Below are positions 61,180-64,000 of a DNA stretch of 64,000 bases, one piece after another. The translations under genes were made by a program, and so were the position numbers. This stretch comes from an uncultured Muribaculaceae bacterium (GTDB taxonomy: Bacteria; Bacteroidota; Bacteroidia; Bacteroidales; UBA932): positions 9,820-73,819 of the forward strand of contig CAZREC010000001.1 in NCBI GenBank assembly GCA_964599025.1, read 5' to 3'. The notes under the pieces were generated by a model that was not told the DNA's origin, ran no database searches, and worked only from the letters and a program-made list of their open reading frames with translations. Every line of letters begins with the position of its first letter. Within the stretch, counting starts at the first letter, position 1.

Positions 61180-61602
61180 ATGATAACAATTAAACAAGCG
61201 GAGCAGGAAATTATAGATGAGTTCTCAATCTTTACGGATTGGCTTGACAAGTATGAATATTTAATTGAACTGGGTAAGTCGCTGCCTATAATAAATGATA
61301 ACGGCAGACAGGAGAGCAACTTGATAAAAGGTTGTCAGTCAAGAGTATGGTTGGCAGCTGACTATAGGGAGGGAAGGATATATTTTACTGCAGACAGCGA
61401 TGCAATTATAACTAAGGGAATCATTTCGTTGTTAGTAAGGGTTTTTTCGGGAAGGACTCCTAAGGAGATTATTGATGCAGACCTTAGTTTTATTAAGGAG
61501 ATTGGACTTCAGGATAATCTCTCTCCATCGAGATCTAACGGATTATTATCAATGATAAGACAAATAAAATTTTATGCTGTTGCTTTTGCTGCTAACAAAT
61601 AA
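61180..61602 (+). CDS. sufE: Sulfur acceptor protein SufE
   Basis: KYEYLIELGK, IKGCQSRVW, DSDAIITKG, LSPSRSNGL. Confidence 0.95.
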   Translation: MITIKQAEQEIIDEFSIFTDWLDKYEYLIELGKSLPIINDNGRQESNLIKGCQSRVWLAADYREGRIYFTADSDAIITKGIISLLVRVFSGRTPKEIIDADLSFIKEIGLQDNLSPSRSNGLLSMIRQIKFYAVAFAANK

Positions 61603-61614
61603 AAATTCAAAAAC

Positions 61615-61926
61615 ATGAATGAAAATAGTGTAGAAAAGAATATAGTGATGGCTCTCAGGCAAGTACATGACCCTGAAATTCCGGTGAATGTTTATGACCT
61701 TGGGCTTATTTACGAAATAAAAGTAGATGACAATCACAAGGCATTCATCAAGATGACTCTTACCGCTCCAAACTGTCCAATGGCAGATCAGTTGCTGGAG
61801 GATGTATACGATGCTGTTTCTGATGTACCTACAATAGAGGATGTTGCAATAGAGTTAACCTTTGACCCTCCGTGGGACAGGAACAGAATGAGCGAAGAGG
61901 CTCTGCTTGAACTGGGTTTCCTATAA
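61615..61926 (+). CDS. Fe-S cluster assembly protein, DUF59/SufT family
   Basis: VHDPEIPVNVYDLGLIY, MTLTAPNCP, FDPPW. Confidence 0.9.
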   Translation: MNENSVEKNIVMALRQVHDPEIPVNVYDLGLIYEIKVDDNHKAFIKMTLTAPNCPMADQLLEDVYDAVSDVPTIEDVAIELTFDPPWDRNRMSEEALLELGFL

Positions 61927-61952
61927 AGAATCATAAGCAATAAATACAAGAT

Positions 61953-62468
61953 ATGCCCCAAGCGTACCTGCTCCTGGGCAGTAACCAGGGAGATAAAGTA
62001 AAAATTCTGCAACTGGCAACAGACAGATTAAGACTGCTTTCCAAGAAACGGCCCGTTAAGTCATCGTTATATGAAAGCGAGCCCTGGGGATTCGAGGCAG
62101 AGGAGTGGTTCCTGAATATGGCAGTAAAACTCGAAACAGATTTAGATCCGCATAATTTGCTGAAAACGTTGTTGGAAATTGAGAATGAACTTGGCAGAGT
62201 GAGAAATGAGGAAGGCGGATTGGCTATGAAGGAAAAGAGGCACTACACTTCAAGAACAATAGATATTGATATTTTACTTTTTGACAACGAAGTTATTAAT
62301 GAAGAGGATCTTATTGTACCACATCCGAGGATGCATTTCCGAAGATTTGTTCTGATGCCTCTTTGCGAGATAGCCCCAAATCTTATTCATCCGGTTTTAA
62401 ATAAAAGCATTGAAAAATTGCTTGACGAGTGTGATGACAGGGCAAGAGTAAGAATAATTCCTGCCTGA
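61953..62468 (+). CDS. folK: 2-amino-4-hydroxy-6-hydroxymethyldihydropteridine diphosphokinase
   Basis: LLLGSNQG, YESEPWG, FLN, RTIDIDILL, PHPRMHFRRFVL. Confidence 0.95.
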   Translation: MPQAYLLLGSNQGDKVKILQLATDRLRLLSKKRPVKSSLYESEPWGFEAEEWFLNMAVKLETDLDPHNLLKTLLEIENELGRVRNEEGGLAMKEKRHYTSRTIDIDILLFDNEVINEEDLIVPHPRMHFRRFVLMPLCEIAPNLIHPVLNKSIEKLLDECDDRARVRIIPA

Positions 62469-62469
62469 T

Positions 62470-63384
62470 ATGAGGGACAAAGTTTTTACAGATGCAACAA
62501 AAGGCGCGATTCCGTCATTCGACCTTTTGCACTATGAGGAGCCAGCTCTCTTCGCATTCAAGACAATGGAAGGAATCTTTGACGAATTCATGGGGGAGAC
62601 CGATGTGCCCCACAAACATAACTTTTATACAATAATCTGGGCCAGGAATGCCTGTGGCAAACATTTTATTGATTTCAGAGAGTATGATATAAGGCCGAAT
62701 ATTGTCTTTTTTGTTGCTCCGGGCCAGGTTCATCAGGTTATTACCCCTCACAGACCAACAGGAGTGGTTATAATGTTTACAAGGGAGTTCCTTTGCAAGT
62801 ATAATATTGAAGAGGAGTTTATTACAAATCTAGGAATATTTGCAGGTTATCCCGGCGAGCCACCTCTGGAGATTAGCGAAGAGAGTTCACTAAGACTTGG
62901 AACGTACGCCGATGAGATAAGAAGGCATTTTGAGAATGAAAGCAGGTTCAGAAACGACTCATTGGCTTCATTGCTTAAGCTTTTTCTCATAGAGTGCAAT
63001 AAAAACCTTATTGAAAGGGAAGAGACAACAAATACTCAGCTTATTGAAACAGGAAGCCAACTTGTCAGAAATTTCAAAAGAGAGTTGGAAAAGAATTTTT
63101 ACAAGTGGCACATGGTTAGTGAATATGCTAATGAGCTAAATGTCACATCGGATTATTTGAACAATGTACTGAAAAATGCCATAGGGCAGAACGCAAAAGA
63201 GTATATACAAAACCGTCTGGTACTGGAAGCAAAACGACTTGGAGTTCACACAGATTTGTCATCCAAAGAGATAGCATATACTCTTGGCTTTGACGATCCC
63301 GCTCATTTCAGTAAGTTCTATAAAAATGTTTCTGGTTCTAATTTCAGTGACTTTCGGGAAAATCTGGAAAAGTACAACACATAG
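62470..63384 (+). CDS. AraC-family transcriptional regulator
   Basis: Cupin PHKHNFY...PGQVH; HTH VSEYANELNVT...KEIAYTLGFDDPAHFSKFYK. Confidence 0.93.
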   Translation: MRDKVFTDATKGAIPSFDLLHYEEPALFAFKTMEGIFDEFMGETDVPHKHNFYTIIWARNACGKHFIDFREYDIRPNIVFFVAPGQVHQVITPHRPTGVVIMFTREFLCKYNIEEEFITNLGIFAGYPGEPPLEISEESSLRLGTYADEIRRHFENESRFRNDSLASLLKLFLIECNKNLIEREETTNTQLIETGSQLVRNFKRELEKNFYKWHMVSEYANELNVTSDYLNNVLKNAIGQNAKEYIQNRLVLEAKRLGVHTDLSSKEIAYTLGFDDPAHFSKFYKNVSGSNFSDFRENLEKYNT

Positions 63385-63428
63385 AGGTAAAACTACATTG
63401 ACTCCGGCTTCTCGTCACCATATCTTTG
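63366..63428 (+). promoter_or_regulatory. Putative AraC-activated promoter of the pirin gene
   Basis: Imperfect direct repeats GGAAAAGTACA and GGTAAAACTACA with TAC cores 21 bp apart (63373, 63394), TTG at 63398-63400 and -7 box TATCTTTG at 63421-63428. Confidence 0.5.
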
Positions 63429-63451
63429 TGCCATAATAAAAGACAAAGAGT

Positions 63452-64000
63452 ATGGAAACAAGAAATAAAAAATACAACATTATTAAATCAGAATCAAGGG
63501 GACATGCAGATCATGGCTGGCTTGATACCTACCACTCATTTTCTTTTGCTAATTATCACGATCCTCAGCGGATTCATTTTGGTGCACTTAGGGTGCTTAA
63601 CGATGACAGAATAGCAGCAGGGGAGGGTTTTGGCAAGCATCCCCATGATAATATGGAAATTGTGACCATTCCTATAAAGGGCGACCTGAGGCATGGCGAC
63701 AGTATGGGAAACACAACGGTCATAAAGGAGGGTGATATTCAGGTAATGAGTGCAGGAACTGGAATATTTCACAGCGAGGTCAACAATAATTCTGACAAAG
63801 AAGTAGAGCTTCTGCAAATCTGGATTATTCCAAACAAACAGAGCGTTGAACCTAGATATGGACAGATTTCACTTGATTCAGATAAGATGAAAAACAGGTT
63901 TCAACAGATACTGTCACCAAACAGCGATGATGATGGTGTCTGGATTTATCAGAATGCCTGGTTTCATATGGGATACCTGGACAAGGACTTCAATGAGAAG
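63452..64000 (+). CDS. Pirin-family protein (YhhW-like), 3' end runs off the window
   Basis: METRNKK...RGHADHGWLDTYHSFSFANY...GALRVLNDD...HPHDNMEIVT...HGDSMGN...QVMSAGTGIFHSE...LQIW. Confidence 0.93.
   Translation, partial: METRNKKYNIIKSESRGHADHGWLDTYHSFSFANYHDPQRIHFGALRVLNDDRIAAGEGFGKHPHDNMEIVTIPIKGDLRHGDSMGNTTVIKEGDIQVMSAGTGIFHSEVNNNSDKEVELLQIWIIPNKQSVEPRYGQISLDSDKMKNRFQQILSPNSDDDGVWIYQNAWFHMGYLDKDFNEK

Overview
A 64-kb, mostly housekeeping chromosomal segment from a Bacteroidales-type bacterium, judged from SusC/FecR/ECF, TAnnTTTG -7 promoter boxes and A-rich translation starts. It holds about 50 CDS: a truncated susC, thyA-folA, sod, fabK-like, yfhO, mutS, rsmA, ychF, a coaX-lptC-ppiD cluster, mfd, ruvB, GH20, sdhAB/frdAB, hflX, tonB, mdh, ybeY-mnmG, gcvH, ruvA, sufS-sufE-sufT, folK and a truncated pirin. 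It also holds one tRNA-Ala(GGC). It probably spans or lies next to the replication origin: a DnaA-box cluster sits between mfd and ruvB, and two parS-like palindromes lie at mnmG. The most interesting observations are: (1) a three-gene accessory unit encoding a secreted isochorismatase-family enzyme, a STAS + unknown domain + APH-fold kinase fusion and a lipoprotein; (2) three unrelated 106-126 bp cassettes, each with 20-23 bp terminal inverted repeats, abutting a stop codon and carrying an IHF-like site; (3) a full-length mutS broken by two in-frame stops inside a ~50-bp cluster of substitutions (real mutator allele or base-calling artefact); (4) a SOD with a signal peptide and a second internal start; (5) sdhAB without sdhC and with a Cys-containing insertion in SdhB; (6) a parS site inside an unusual MnmG insertion. 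No CRISPR array, transposase, integrase or rRNA was seen. All family calls come from motif recognition, not database searches.
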